From: Prorocentrum cordatum
Lineage: Eukaryota
Direction: 5' to 3'
DNA: 64,000 nucleotides
Assembly (NCBI GenBank): GCA_963575745.1
Contig: CAUYUJ010000037.1
Coordinates: forward strand, 372,001 to 436,000
Shown: positions 27,632 to 40,437 of the stretch, one piece after another
Position numbering within the stretch: the first letter of the stretch is position 1
Layout: each line of letters begins with the position of its first letter
The notes under the pieces: model-generated
The model's input: the letters and a program-made list of their open reading frames with translations, nothing else
What the model was told of the DNA's origin: nothing
The model's database searches: none
Program-made: the position numbers and the translations under genes

Positions 27632-27829
27632 TCGGGAGCGGAAAAGAGGGGGGTGATGACTCACTAGGGGGGGGTGGATTTCATGGCGCGGGCCATGATT
27701 TTTCCCCAGATTTCATGGCGCCCCTTCTTATTTCATTACGTCCCAGGCTCCCCCGCTGGGCCGCGCACGTGCCGCCGGTCATGATTTGCACCCCCCCCTC
27801 TTGGACACCCCCCTCTTGGCCGCTCCCGA
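27632..27829. mobile_element. MITE-like element, family A, copy 2 (~198 bp)
   Basis: TIRs tcgggagcgg..aagaggggggtg / cacccccctctt..ccgctcccga; colinear with 5162-5357. Confidence 0.8.
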
Positions 27830-27865
27830 GAAGGGGCTACAAGACCGACAGCATTGCTTGCCCAT

Positions 27866-28012
27866 GTTGAGCAGGATTCGCGGTCGGCGCCGCCGCGGGC
27901 CTCGTCCATTTGAGACAGGAGGCCGCCGGTCCAACTGCGGCCGCTGCCGGTTTTGGACAACATGTGTTGTTGGGCATCATACTCATGTTTTCCGTACCCT
28001 TGTCGGGCGTCC
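27866..28012. repeat. Dispersed repeat C, copy 2
   Basis: Homologous to 11675-11822. Confidence 0.7.
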
Positions 28013-30769
28013 AGATCCGTCTCCAGGCCCCTTGAGGGGCAACGTTACGAGGGGGATAGGCTCAGGGGCAACGTTGGGGGGGGGGCATGGGGGCAGGGGA
28101 TGGCTCGAGGCGAAACATCAGTTTCGAGGCTGGAGGTTTGAGGTGCTCGGACGTTTTCTTCGCTTCTCATTGGTTTTCCAGCCTCGGGGTGCCCTCCAGT
28201 TGCTGCGCCTTGCCGAGGAACCTGCTTGTCGGAAAGGGTGTGGAAGGTGGAAAGCCAGGGTTCTTTGCCGATCAGTGCCTGATAGCCAACCACGCCCAGG
28301 CATGTGCGGTTTCGCTATCGGGGGCCAATCGCCGATCTAGAAGCGACGCATCGCCGATTGCAGCTCGATGCTTCTCCCCCTTGAGCCGGTCACCCCCTGA
28401 CGCTCTCCCTCACTCCAGGGGCGGAACCAGGAAACTTGCGCGCATGACGAATATGCGTCAAACAGAAGGATTCTTAGGAATGGAGATTGGATGAAGGCGG
28501 AATTGTGAGCGACAAGGGCGCCTTTCAGTGCCGATGCGTGTTGAGGCGCGGGGCGAGTTCAATTTTCCTGGCCAGGGGCATGGCGGCATGGCCCTTCCAT
28601 GGTCAGTTGCTCTATCTGCGCTTGCGCGCCTCTCCGGCATCGCGCTCTGGAATGTAGTTGCGTAGGGCGACTAAACGAAATCTGGCACGCTGATCATGTT
28701 CTTTCCAGTCTAGATGTCACGTGTGCGTACATATGGGACCCCTCCTAACCAACAAAAAGGCCCCCCCCCCCCGATCCCTGGACACAGAGACCCATGGACG
28801 CCTGGCAAGGTTTCGGGTTGCGCGCTGACAGCCACCCCCAGGTGTCCCGGCTGGCCTCAACAGGCTCCCCGAGTAGTCCCAGCTGGCCTCGAGTCACCAG
28901 GCCGCCCGAGGAGTCCGGTGCGGTCTCAACACCTGAACTCTGAGGCGCGGAGCGCCCCATGGGCGCCGACGGAGGCGGCGCCAGGGTGTTGAGACCGCCC
29001 TGCACTACTCGGTGGGCACGTTGAGGCTAGCTGGGACCATTCAGAGGGCCTGTTGAGGCCAGCTGGGACTACCTGGCAGTCTGTCTTGTCTGTGCGCAGC
29101 ACGAAGCATTACCATGGACGCCCTTGCAGAGGCTCTCCCCAGGCCTTCTGGGCTTCGAGGAAGTCCCTGCCAGGCCTAGCCAAGGGCCCACAGCGGTCAG
29201 GAGGGCGGCCAACCGGCTCCGCGAGTGATTCCTCGTCCGCAGCGTTGCCTGCGCGGATGTGTGCATGAGTGCGTGTACGCGCGCTTGTTTGGCAGCACGT
29301 TTGCATGCTGGCTCCTTCGCAGATGCTTGCTTGATGTTGCTTGCTAGTGCATGGTGGTTCTCCCTGCTGCCTGAAGCGGTCATGGGCTGTCGGGGAGCCG
29401 TCTTGGGTCGGTCTTCAGCATTCTTTCGCCAGCGCTCTTGAACCGATCTGGGCCCGTCTTGGAGCGGTCGTGGAGGCTGTGCGGCCCGCTAGCGGGTGGG
29501 TGCCACGGGCGGGGTCCTTCCCAGACAGGATGTAATTCACAGTCGTCCAGTGAGGGGTCACAGAATAAGAGTTGCTCGCCGGCAGCAGTTCAGCCAAGGA
29601 GAAGCAAAGGGCACGGAGCAAGCTTACCGCTGCAAAGTGCGGCAGCGGATATGTACAGCATAGGTTTTCTGCATCTGGTGACCAAGTGGGTGAGCGATCG
29701 CTCACTGCCGACCGCATGGCTGTGCACATGTGAGGCGAGTGCCTCCTCTTGAAAACAGCTCTTGCGCGCACTGGCGTACAGTGTGCTTGTCAGATTGTTC
29801 GCCTTCAGTAGTTGCACGGCCTGGTCCCGAGGCCCGTGGCCGAGCTGCCAGAACTTCCAGACGAGTCGTCGGTCGTGCGCACGGGCGGCCCCACCAGCCT
29901 CCACTCGCTCCCTGGTCCCATCCTGGAAGGGGGGAGGGCGAAGTCGGCAAGGGGGGCGTCCCGGGAATTCAGCCTTCCAGCCATCCCAGACTGCCTCGCA
30001 TCTCATTGTCGGTCGTAGCTTCCTCCTTCTCCTCCTTCCTTCTCCTCCTCTTCCTCCTCTCCCACTTTTTCCTCTTCCTCCCCCTCCCTTCCTCCTCCTC
30101 CTCCTCCTCCTCCTCCTCCTCCTCTTTCCTCTTGATTCACGCCTCGCCCCACGACTTTCTTGACGGCGCGACTTGATTTGCCATGCGCCCTGAAGTCCGA
30201 GCAGCTCGTCGGAGGATGGCCAGTGGTGGCCCGTGACTCTGCCGTGGACCCTCACGGGGCCCCCCTGGACGGGACTCGTGCGGCGTGGCCTCCGCGGCGC
30301 TGCCCTCCTGCGCGGGGCGCGCGCTTCGGCCGCGCCCGGTGAGCACGCCGGCCACGCCTGCTCAGCACGCGGGCGACGTGCGGGGCCGCTGGGACGCCCT
30401 GTGTCGACGCGCCACGGGGCACGCCGGCGTCGACGCGCCACGGGGGGCGATGAGAAATGGGGGGCTGGGGGAAGAAGAGTGCACCTTGCCTGCACCTTTG
30501 GGAGCCCTCAAAGGCTCCCCGGGCCCCCAAGAAAGCCCGAAAGGTGCACATTCTCCCTAGCCTGTTGATCGCCCCCCCGTTAAAGCAGCGCCCAGCGCAG
30601 GCCCGCGTCGCGGGTCGGCGGGGGCAGGGGGGGAGGTCGACGACGGCGGCGACGATGCCGCACGCGACGGGCCACAGACCTGCGCTGCTTGGATGCGGAG
30701 GCGGGACCTGCTGTTGAGCATCTTCGTTGTTTTGCATACCGTGCGAAGCCCTTGTGGCGCAAAAAGGAT

Positions 30770-32420
30770 CATGGCAGCGGAACGCCGTTTGTGATCCGCG
30801 AGAGCCCCGCGCGGGCCGGGCGACAGGCACGCGCCAGGCAACCCCGCTGGGCGTGCGGCGCGGTGCGACGAGGCAGCACCAGGCGACTCAGGCGAGCTCG
30901 CAGTGCACGGGACGATGGCCGTGAACCAGAAGGCGTCTTAGGGCTGGCGAAGCCCCCGAGCTTCTCAGGCAGGGAGGAGGACTGGACGGAGCGGTGGTTT
31001 GTGATGCTCTCGTGCATGGTGGTCTCGGCAGATGAAGTCGCGGCTTTGATAGAGGCGGCAGATGCAACGGCAGAGCCTGACTTGACGATGGCCGCGATCG
31101 AGCGAGCACTGGGAGCAAGAGGCAACCAGACGGCCAAGAAGATGTTCCACATGCTGGTCATGACGGTGAAGGGACCAGCGCTGGGAGGACTGCGAGGGAA
31201 TATACAACAGGATGGGGCCCTGGCATGGCGGGCCCTGATGAGACGATGCGAACCCAACGCAACGCCACGCAATCAGAGCCTGATGTCCAGTATCTTGAGT
31301 TGGCCCCGACCTGCGAGACGAAGTTGGCAGACTGGGAGGAGATGACCCGCAAGTGGGATATCATCCTGGGTGACGTCGTCAACGAGTCCATGAAGAAGGC
31401 TCTGTACGTGGACAAAGGCACCAGCGACGAAGAAGACGCTCATGCAGGTTCAGAACCTAAATGCCTTCGCTATGCTGAAGAGTGTCACGCCGCAGTTCCT
31501 CCAGAGTAACACGGACTACGCGGCGGGCGCACCGACCCCACAGCATCGGAAACGAACGGGTGGAGGCCAGCATCGAGACCCGAACGCCATGGAACTGGAC
31601 GCCCTGGTCCGCAAGGGAAAGGACCGGAAGGGCAAGGGCAAGGGTCTCAAGGGTGGCCTAGGCAAGGGCAAGGGCAACGCAGACGACACCATCAACCTGC
31701 GCGCGGCTTGGATTCCGGGCGCGGGGTGCTGGATACGCGGTAAAGAAGGGCCAGTTGCAGGAGCATTGCAGGCAGAACCCGATGGGGAAGAACAAGGATA
31801 GGAAGGGCAAGGGCCGTTGTGCAGGGCCTGAGCAAGTCAATGAGCTGCTGGGCCAGGACGACACCGCGACACTCTCAGGCACAGCTTCGATGATAGGTTC
31901 GTCGGCGAGCCGGGCGACGGGGCCAGGGGCGCGGCGGCTCACCTACGCGATCGAGGAAGAGCACGAGTCCAGCTACGTCTGCGCGGTGACGGAGTGGGCT
32001 GGCACAACCAACTACGTGGCGATGATCACGGTGCAGGTGGGCACATGGTCCCCGCTCGTGGTGTTGGTTGACAACTGCGCTGACGAGCGCGCATGCAGCC
32101 AATATGGCTTCTGGTGGAGACGCGGGCGAGCAAGGACCCCGACCTCGAGGCGGCGAACGGACATCGCATCAAGCACTGCGGTGAGAGAACGGCTAAGATG
32201 AAGCTGATGGACGGACGCGGCACCGCGGTAACGTTCCAGGCGCGCGACGCGGAGGGCCCGATCCTCTCAGTTGGCAAGTTCGGTGCGACGAGCGCGGCGA
32301 GAGGGGCCCACTTCGACCTGCGCGACGGGGCGCTAGTGCACGAGTTGGCTGGCAAGGTGAAGGACCGCGTCAAGAACCACTACTCTTGGAGTGCTGGGTG
32401 GTCCAGGACAGCAAGATGAC
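30770..32420 (+). mobile_element. Degenerate LTR retrotransposon remnant (probably Ty1/copia-like): gag, zinc knuckle and aspartic protease; truncated
   Basis: Across frameshifts: LAKPPSFSGREEDW; MFHMLVMTVKGPAL..GALAWRALMRRCEP; KLADWEEMTRKWD; NAMELDAL followed by KGKGKG; decayed knuckle GCWIRGKEG/QLQEHC; protease-like VLVDNCADERAC, LEAANGHRIKHCGER, VTFQARDAEGPILSVGK. No integrase, RT or LTRs recognised. Confidence 0.8.
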
Positions 32421-34074
32421 GACGACGTTAGCGCAAGGCGGTATGATGGCGCCGACCTCTAGAGCTGGCTCGACCAGCCCATCCCAGGGATCTCGGCACT
32501 CGACGCAATTCAAATTGCCCAACTCTGTTTCAGCAGCCGACGGAACTGAAGTTGCCCAATTCGACGGAACTCCAATTACCCCACTCGCGCCGGCCAGCTC
32601 ACCGACTCCCATCACCGACCAGGCCCGATCAGCTTGCCGACCGATTCCCGCGCCGGCCAGCTCACCGACTCCCGCACCGACCAGGTCACCGACCCCTGCG
32701 CCGACCAGCTCGCCGTCTCCCTCGCCGACCATATCACCGACTCCGCACGCTAGCTGGGCGGGCGCCGGCGCGTCGCCCATTCCGGAGGAGGGGGAGGCTG
32801 AGGAGAAGGAGATCAGAGCAGTGCCGCACGCCAGCCGGGTGGACGCCGACGCGTCGCCCCCTCCGGGGCAGGACCCGCTGCAGGATGTGGACGGCGGGTC
32901 CCGAGGTGCCCTTCATTCAGGTCGCGCCTGCATGGTCCTTCGTGGAAGGACTCGCCCGCTAGGTCTGCTGGTCTGCTTTGTAGGGTCTGCATGTGAGGGC
33001 GAGTTTGCTAGGGCCAGACCCCCCGCGTTCGCCCGATGGGGTCTCGCCGAGAGGGCCTTCCTGCCAGCGCGCTTGCCAGCGCCAGCCTGTCGGAGTTTGT
33101 CCAAGGCTTTCCCCGCGAGGGCCCGCCCGCGAGGGCGTGCTTGCCCAGGATGGCCGCCGCCTATGCGCGCCCTGCGCGCGGCCCTTCCCCCGCGCCGCTG
33201 CCCCCCGCGGTTCCCTGGAGATCCTCGCAGCTCTTCCAGCGGCCAGCGAGGTCGCCGCGACGCCGCAGCCCGTGGGGTTGTCTCGGGGCGCGCGGGGCCG
33301 ATGGGCCTTGGCTGACCGGGCGTGGCAGGGCTATCTCCGCAGCCTCTACAACGCATCCGTTTTCTTCGGACGCCTTGGGGAAGGCCCGCGGCGCCCTGGT
33401 GGCCGCGGGCGTCGCCAGGGGGGCCGGGCGCTCGTCGGGGCTCGCGAGGGGGAATCGCGCGCGCGCGAGCGCGCGCGCAGAGTGGCAGGGCGTCCTCCCC
33501 GCGGGCGCGGGTCTTGCTGGATTGCAAATGGACGTTTTGCCGCCCTCCGCGGGCCGCGTGACGATTTGGCAGACGCGCGTTCACTTTGCTGTCGGCGTTC
33601 GCCCTGCAGTCCAGAAGCCGCGGCGCGCGGGGTCCACGACCGCGGGGTGGTTCTCTGCGGCTTCGCGCAGCAGACGCAGCAGGACATCGCAGAATGCATT
33701 AGCACATTTTTTGGACATCTCCAGGGCCGAGGTGTAAAACATTCGAAAAACAGCATCGATATTTCAATGATCGGAGTGTTTGGCTCTGAATTGTCATGGC
33801 ACCCACCACTTAAGGATGTCTGGATCCTCGGTCCCCCTCGCGAGGAGGCCCGGGCCCCCCCGCCCGCCGCCAGGGCGCCGCTTTCGCCGGGGCGGGCCCC
33901 GAGCAGGCGGGGGCGCCGCCCCGCGGCCCGCTGCTGGAGATCCCCGCGCCCCGCGGGTCGGGGGAGGCCCTTTTGCGCGCGTGCGGCATCAGGGAGGCGG
34001 GGCGGCCGCGGTAGGTGCGGACAGACGTGCTGCGCCAGTCGAGGAGGAGGGTGAGGTGACGATGACGGTGGCAA

Positions 34075-35000
34075 GGAGGAGGAGGTGGAGGAGCTGGAAA
34101 AGGAGGAGAAGGCGGAGGCGAAGGAGTCGGAGGAGGAGGAGGAGGAGGAGGGGAGTGCTGATGATGGTGATGGTGATGGTGATAGTGATAACGGAGCTGA
34201 TGCTGATGTTGATGCGGATGTTGATGCTGGTGCTGGTGCTGGTGCTGCTGCATATGGTGGCGATGTTGATGATGAGGAAGACGACGAGGAGGATGTTGAA
34301 GAGAACGGGGAAAAGGTGGTGGTGTTCGGTGTTCGGTGGTTGGTGGTTTGGTGTTTGGGTGTTGGCTTTCGGGGTTTGGTGTTTGTAGATTCGGGTTTGG
34401 TGGTTGGGGTTCGGTGTTTGGTGTTTGAGGTTTGTTGTTTCGTGCTTGAGGTGTGTGGTTTGTTCTTTGGGGGTTGGTGTTTGGGTCTTCGGGTTTGTTG
34501 TTTGGGGTTTGGTGTATGGTGGTGTTTGGTCTTTTGTGTGTGTGTAGTGTTTGGGGGGGTTGTGGAGGCTCTAGCCAGGGTGTAGCCCAACCAACCTTGC
34601 CGGTGTATAGCTCGTCCAGCCGGGGTGTGGCCCGTCCAGCCTGGGTGTAGAATTTGGCCCAACCCCCCGGGGGGCCGCCTCAAACCCTCCTGAAGAGGTG
34701 CCCGCGCCCCCCCCCCAGGGGCCCTCCGCAACCCCGCTAGGGGGTTCCCTTAACCCCCTGGAGGGTCCCCCCCAAACCCTTCGGGGAGCCTCCTCAACCC
34801 CTCCCGAGGGCTTCCGCAACCCCCCAATGTGCCCCCTCGGCCCCCTCTGCTCTCAACCCCCATGGGGGCCCTCTCAACCCCCTGGGGCTCCCCGCAACCT
34901 CCCCAGGGGCCCCCCCGCGACCCTCCAGGAGTGCACCTTCAACCCCACCTGGGGGGCGCCGCAACGCCCCTGGAGCCCCCTCACCCCCAGACGGGGGGGC
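34075..35000. repeat. Compound low-complexity block: GGA/GAT, then tttggtg-like, then caaccccc-like repeats
   Basis: Direct inspection: 34075-34310, 34320-34560, 34660-35000. Confidence 0.8.
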
Positions 35001-35412
35001 CGTGCTTCCCAAAGGGCTCGATGCTCGCTCGCCCGAGGGGGTCCCCTCACCTCCTGGATGCCCCCCGTCTGATGCGCGATGGAGCAGCATGTGCCAGGCA
35101 ACGACACGTCGCAGGAACACCATGATTCAGCAGCCTCCAGCACCACTCTCATTTTTCAGGGGCATGCGCCACGATACGGCAACGCACAGAAACACAACAG
35201 CAAACGTACGTCAGCGCGCAGCGGCAAACAACAGCATATATCTGCAGGCATCATCACGCATCGGCTATAGAGAGTGACATAAGTAACGACGCAGCAGCAT
35301 TCAGCAGCATTGCAAGCTATACGCGCGCAGCTGGTTGCGAGTACAGCCGCTGATCTGAGTGCTCCTGCCACCGTGGCTGTCGTTGCTGCCGGTGTTGCAT
35401 CGGACATCTTAC

Positions 35413-35435
35413 ACATATATATATATATATATACA

Positions 35436-35481
<46 letters not shown>

Positions 35482-35610
35482 AACACAGAGAGAGAGAGAG
35501 AGAGAAACAACACAAAATAACGACAACACGGAGAAAGAGAGAGCGAGAGCGAGCGAGAGAGAGAGAGAGAACGAGAGAGACACATATCTATATATAGAGA
35601 GAGAGAGGGA
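35413..35610. repeat. (AT)n + (GA)n microsatellites
   Basis: Direct inspection. Confidence 0.9.
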
Positions 35611-36564
35611 CAGGAAGAGTATCCACCGCGAGGCTTCCTGGAACGCAGGAAGGGGCTGCACCGACAACCGCTGCCAGGGCAGTGGCACCCAACCGCGGCC
35701 AGTGCATCAGCCCGAACTTGTGTTGCCTGTGCTGGTGGATCCCCATGCGTTTTGGCACACGCCTGCGTGATTTGCGAGAGAGGGCTTGCATCTGTTGGCC
35801 CGAGGCTCCACCACTCCCTCGGAGTGAACGTCGGCCGACGAGTCGCTGAGCCTTCTTGGCAGGCGGTGTCTGGCACAGTTGGCACATCACAAAGGAGGAC
35901 ATCGGCCTGCCAACAGGTGCGCCGCGGAAATTTCTCAACCCCCACGCAGCCCTGGGGGCCCGCAGAAGCCTTGGGGCACCTTGGGAAGCTCACGTATCTT
36001 CGACGAACGCGCTCCCAGACGTCTCTGAATGGGATATCTTAACTATCGTATGTATATACTGCGCGTCGCTACTCGCGATCACCATCTTGCGTGCACCTCG
36101 CCTGGCTTTCTCGCGGCCCACTTGCCCTCGAAGCCCTCGGAGACAGGCGTGCGCGCGCAGCCGGTGAGCACCCTGGAGGAGCGCGCCTCGCCAGGCCCCC
36201 GAGTCTCACGCTGGGGATCCGGCGCGAAAGGTGCCGAGGCGCGAATCCCAGATGTCATGGGCAGCATTATGGAGGGGAATAAGGCTCAGTCGGCGACAGC
36301 CCACGATACCAATACTATGTCTGCGTCGCCCCCCAAGTAGCGACGCGCGCGCCGAGAAATCTTTCGTGGCGGGTGCTTCATGGCCGCACCTCTCGAGAAG
36401 CGGTATACTACAACATGATTGTGCTACACGTTCAGGTCCGACGCACGTTTCCGAGCAGGACACACGGTACTAATATGTTCTTGTGCGTCACGCCCAAGTA
36501 ATCCGCAATCGAACAATCATCGCCGATAGGGGGCCGAAGGCCCACCCCGCCCCACTGGGGAGGG

Positions 36565-36798
36565 GCGGAGGAGGAGGAGGAGGAGGAGTAGGAGGAGGAG
36601 GACGACGACGACGACGACGACGAAGACGAAGACGAAGACGAGGTCGGGGACGGGGACGGGGACAAGGAGGACGAGGAGGACGATGAGGAGGGGGAGGACC
36701 GAGGAGGAGGAGGAGGAGGGGGGGGAGGAGGGGGAGGAGGAGGAGGAGGAGGAGGAGGAGGAGGAGGAGGAGGAGGAGGAGGAGGAGGAGGAGGAGGC
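36565..36798. repeat. (GGA/GAC)n microsatellite
   Basis: Direct inspection. Confidence 0.9.
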
Positions 36799-36804
36799 GG
36801 ATAT

Positions 36805-38430
36805 CACCGACGCCAGCACCAACGCCGACGCCTTCACCAGCACCGACGCCAGTGCAGACGCCAAGATGCACGCTTGCGATGGCGCCGGCAATACCTCCCG
36901 CAATTACACCAGCGCCGACGCCTGCGCTAAAGCCAGCGCGAACTTCACGCCAGCGCTGGAGCGGGCACCGACGCCAGCACGGCAGCCGGCGTCCGCGCCA
37001 GCACCGACGCCAGCGCACGCACCCACGACGCCACCGCCGACGCCGATGCCCACATCAGCACCGACGCCAGCCTGAACGCCAGCTATTGTGGCGGCACCAA
37101 CGCCAGCGCCTACACCAGCGCCGGCGCCAGCATTGACGCCAGTGCAGACGCCAAGATGCACGCTTGCGATGGCGCCGGCAATACCTCCCGCAATTACACC
37201 AGCGCCGACGCCTGCGCTAAAGCCAGCGCGAACTTCACGCCAGCGCTGGAGCGGGCACCGACGCCAGCACGGCAGCCGGCGTCCGCGCCAGCACCGACGC
37301 CAGCGCACGCACCCACGACGCCACCGCCGACGCCGATGCCCACATCAGCACCGACGCCAGCACCGACGCCAGCCTGAACGCCAGCTATTGTGGCGGCACC
37401 AACGCCAGCGCCTACACCAGCGCCGGCGCCAGCATTGACGCCAGAACGAAAGCCAGCGCTTGTGCTGGCACCAACGCCAACGCCTACACCAGCACGGATA
37501 TCATCACCGATGTCATCACCGTTATCACGACTACGCCGGCACCGACGCCAGCACCGACGTTGAAATCAATGCCTGCGTCCGAGTTGGCCCCCACGCCAGC
37601 GCCTACGCCAGCACCGACGCAAGCGCCGACGCCAGCACCAACGCCGGCGCCTACGCCTGCACCAACGCCAGCGCCCGCACCAGTACCGACGCCCGCATCG
37701 ACGCCAGCATCAACGCCGGCGCCTATACCAGCGCCGACGTCAGCTCCGAACGCCTGCGCCTACGCCAGCACCAACTCCAACGCCTGCTCCAGTGCCGACG
37801 TCAACCCTGCCACCAGCACCAACGCCGTCGCCAACGCTCGGACCAATGCCAGCGCCTACGCAAGCACCGACGCCAACACTGACACCAGCACAACCGGCGA
37901 CGCCTACAACAGCGCCGACGCCAACACTTGGGCTGCAGCAGCAACGCCAGCGCCTGTGCCTGCACCAACGCCAGCGCCGACACCAGCACCGACGCCAGCA
38001 CTGAGGCAAGCACGAACGCCAGCGCCTGCCCTGGCTCCAACGCCAGCGCCTACACCCGCACCGATGCCAGCACCGCCGCCAACACGAACGCCGACGCGTG
38101 CGCCTGCGCCGACGTCAGCACCGACACCAGGATCAATTTCGACGCCAGCGCCGATGTACCGACGCTGGCGCCTCCACCGGCAACAACGCCAGCGCCTACA
38201 ACAGCTCCCACGCCTGCACCAACGCCAGCTCTAACGCCGGCGTTCCCGCCAGCGCCGACGCCAGCACCGTCGCCAGCATCAACGCTTGCACCTACGCCGG
38301 CATCAACGCCAGCACCGACATGCTAGCCAATGCTAGCATCAACGCCTGCGCCTAAGCCGGCACCAGCGCCATCGTCTACACTGGCGCCGTCGCCAGCTCT
38401 GCCGCTGGCGCCAACACTTGCACCTGCTAC
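36805..38430 (+). repeat. 12-bp minisatellite (ccgacgccagca, reading as PTPA) containing a 290-bp near-perfect tandem duplication
   Basis: agtgcagacgccaagatgcacg.. starts at both 36851 and 37141; the PTPA frame shifts repeatedly. Confidence 0.9.
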
Positions 38431-38434
38431 AGCA

Positions 38435-38960
38435 CAATCGCGGATTCCATGAGCTGCACGACAAATCCCACGTGCAACACGACGGGGCCCACGAGCAGCG
38501 CGGCAGAGACCACGAGCAGCACTGGAATACATCGACAGGCTGGCATCCCCGAAATAGGGCGACACGCCGGAGTCCACCCTCGGTGGGAGAGACAACTCGT
38601 GCACAGTTTCGACTCCGGCCGAGTCCAGGGCAGACGCCCTCCCGCAATCCATCGGTCACGCGGCCGGGACAGCTACAGCCCTGCTAGCCTCAACTGACAG
38701 AGTGGGTTCCGTGCGCTGCACGACGAGTGCCACGAGCAGCACGACGGAGACCACGCTCACGTCGACCGATACGAGCTACGCCACGACGGGCATCACGAGC
38801 TGCACAACAGATGCCATCCGCAGCACGACGCGTGCCAGGAGCAGCACAACGGATACCACGCGCTGCACGACGAGTACCACGCGCAGCACGACGGATACCA
38901 AAAGCTGCACGTCGACGAGCACACGGGACACCAGGAGCAGCACGGCGGATGCGCAGCACG
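38435..38960 (+). repeat. Degenerate 21-bp repeats (Thr/Ser-rich reading) interrupted by a ~150 bp insert
   Basis: cacgagcagcacgacggatac-like units at 38435-38530 and 38700-38960. Confidence 0.7.
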
Positions 38961-39579
38961 ACGGGTACCAGGAGCGGACCAGGCCGCCAATCGCGGAGCG
39001 AGTGGCAGATGCTGCATGTTCCCGATTGCGACCTGGTGGGCCCGTGACTGGTTCGAGCCGTTGGCCGATAGCATCATGCACGGCACGGTTAGGTGGCTTT
39101 GCATAGGAGCCAGCGCTTGTGCCAGCAGCATCGCCAGCGCCGGGACCTGTGGCTACCATCTGTCCGAACGGGATGGCGTGCATTCTGGCACGGACCAGCG
39201 CTGTGACGTGAAGCAGTGCGACGCCGAGCAGCGTGCTGGTGGCAGGGCGCCGGGGAGCTCCCAGCCGCGCCTGCTGCCTTGAGGGCCGTGAGCGGCCCTT
39301 CCTCCTCCTCCCCCGTCTTCTCCTCCCTCCTCCTGGGTTGTTGCCCAGCGCTTGTCATTTCACCTGCCTGTCTAGTGTCACACGCTCGGCGCTCGCAGTT
39401 TGCCCTCCATTGCCTGCTGCGCGCCCGCGTGCGCCGAGGGATGATCGGCGGGATGGCGACGTCGGCAGGGGTGGCCGGTCTCCTGATTCCCGACGATTGT
39501 TTTTTTCCGGACGGGGACGATTGCCACTTCCCCCCGTGGAGGGTGGGACGCTCGGAGGAAAAAGAGTGTGAGGAGGCGG

Positions 39580-40380
39580 ATGAAAAGGAGAAGCAGGAGG
39601 AGGAGGAGGAGAAGGAGGAGGACGAGGAGGAGGAGGAGGAGGAGGAGAAGACATACTTTCTGGTCTTGGTCGTCGTGCTTCCTCCCTCGAGCTGGGCCGT
39701 TCCCCCGTTTCAGGACTCGCAGCGGCCGCGAGGAGCGATCGGAGCGAGACGCGGCGACCCCCACTCTGCACAGAAGCCGTGGGCGACCGCCCCCACCGTG
39801 CGGCGGCGGCCCAGGGCAGGGGATAGGGAGGGGAGGGGGGAGATTGCACGGGAGGGGAGGGGGGAATTTGCAAGGACGAGGAGGAGGGGGGATGAAGAGG
39901 AGGACGAGGGGGATAGGACGAGGAGGAGGGATAAGGAGGGCGAGGAGGATAAGGATGAGGACGAGGAGGACAGGGACGAGAAGGATAAGGACGAGGTGGG
40001 GGGAGGACGAGGATGAGGGTGGATGAGAAGGCATGAGCGGTCCTCCGCACAAGGGAGGGGCAGGGAGAGGCAATCGGGATGCGGGAACGGGGGGCAGAGA
40101 GAAGGGGATGGGGAACAGGGAAGGAAGGGGAGGAGGGGATAGAGCGGGAGAGAGAGAGAGAGAGGGAGAGAAAGAGAGAGGGAGAGGGACAGAGAGAGAG
40201 AGAGAGAGTTAGGGAGGTGGGGAGGTCGGGAGGGTGGGGGGGAGGGAGAGAGGGAGGGAGGGAGGGAGGGAGGGAGGGAGGACGGGAGGTAGGGAGGGAG
40301 GGATGATGACAATGATGATGATGACGACGACGACGACGACGACGATGATGATGATGATGATGATGATGATGATCATGATC

Positions 40381-40437
<57 letters not shown>

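Noticed and set aside
28986..30760. Candidate 5' LTR (several tgttga starts) for the gag remnant
   Set aside because: I found no matching second LTR or convincing primer-binding site.
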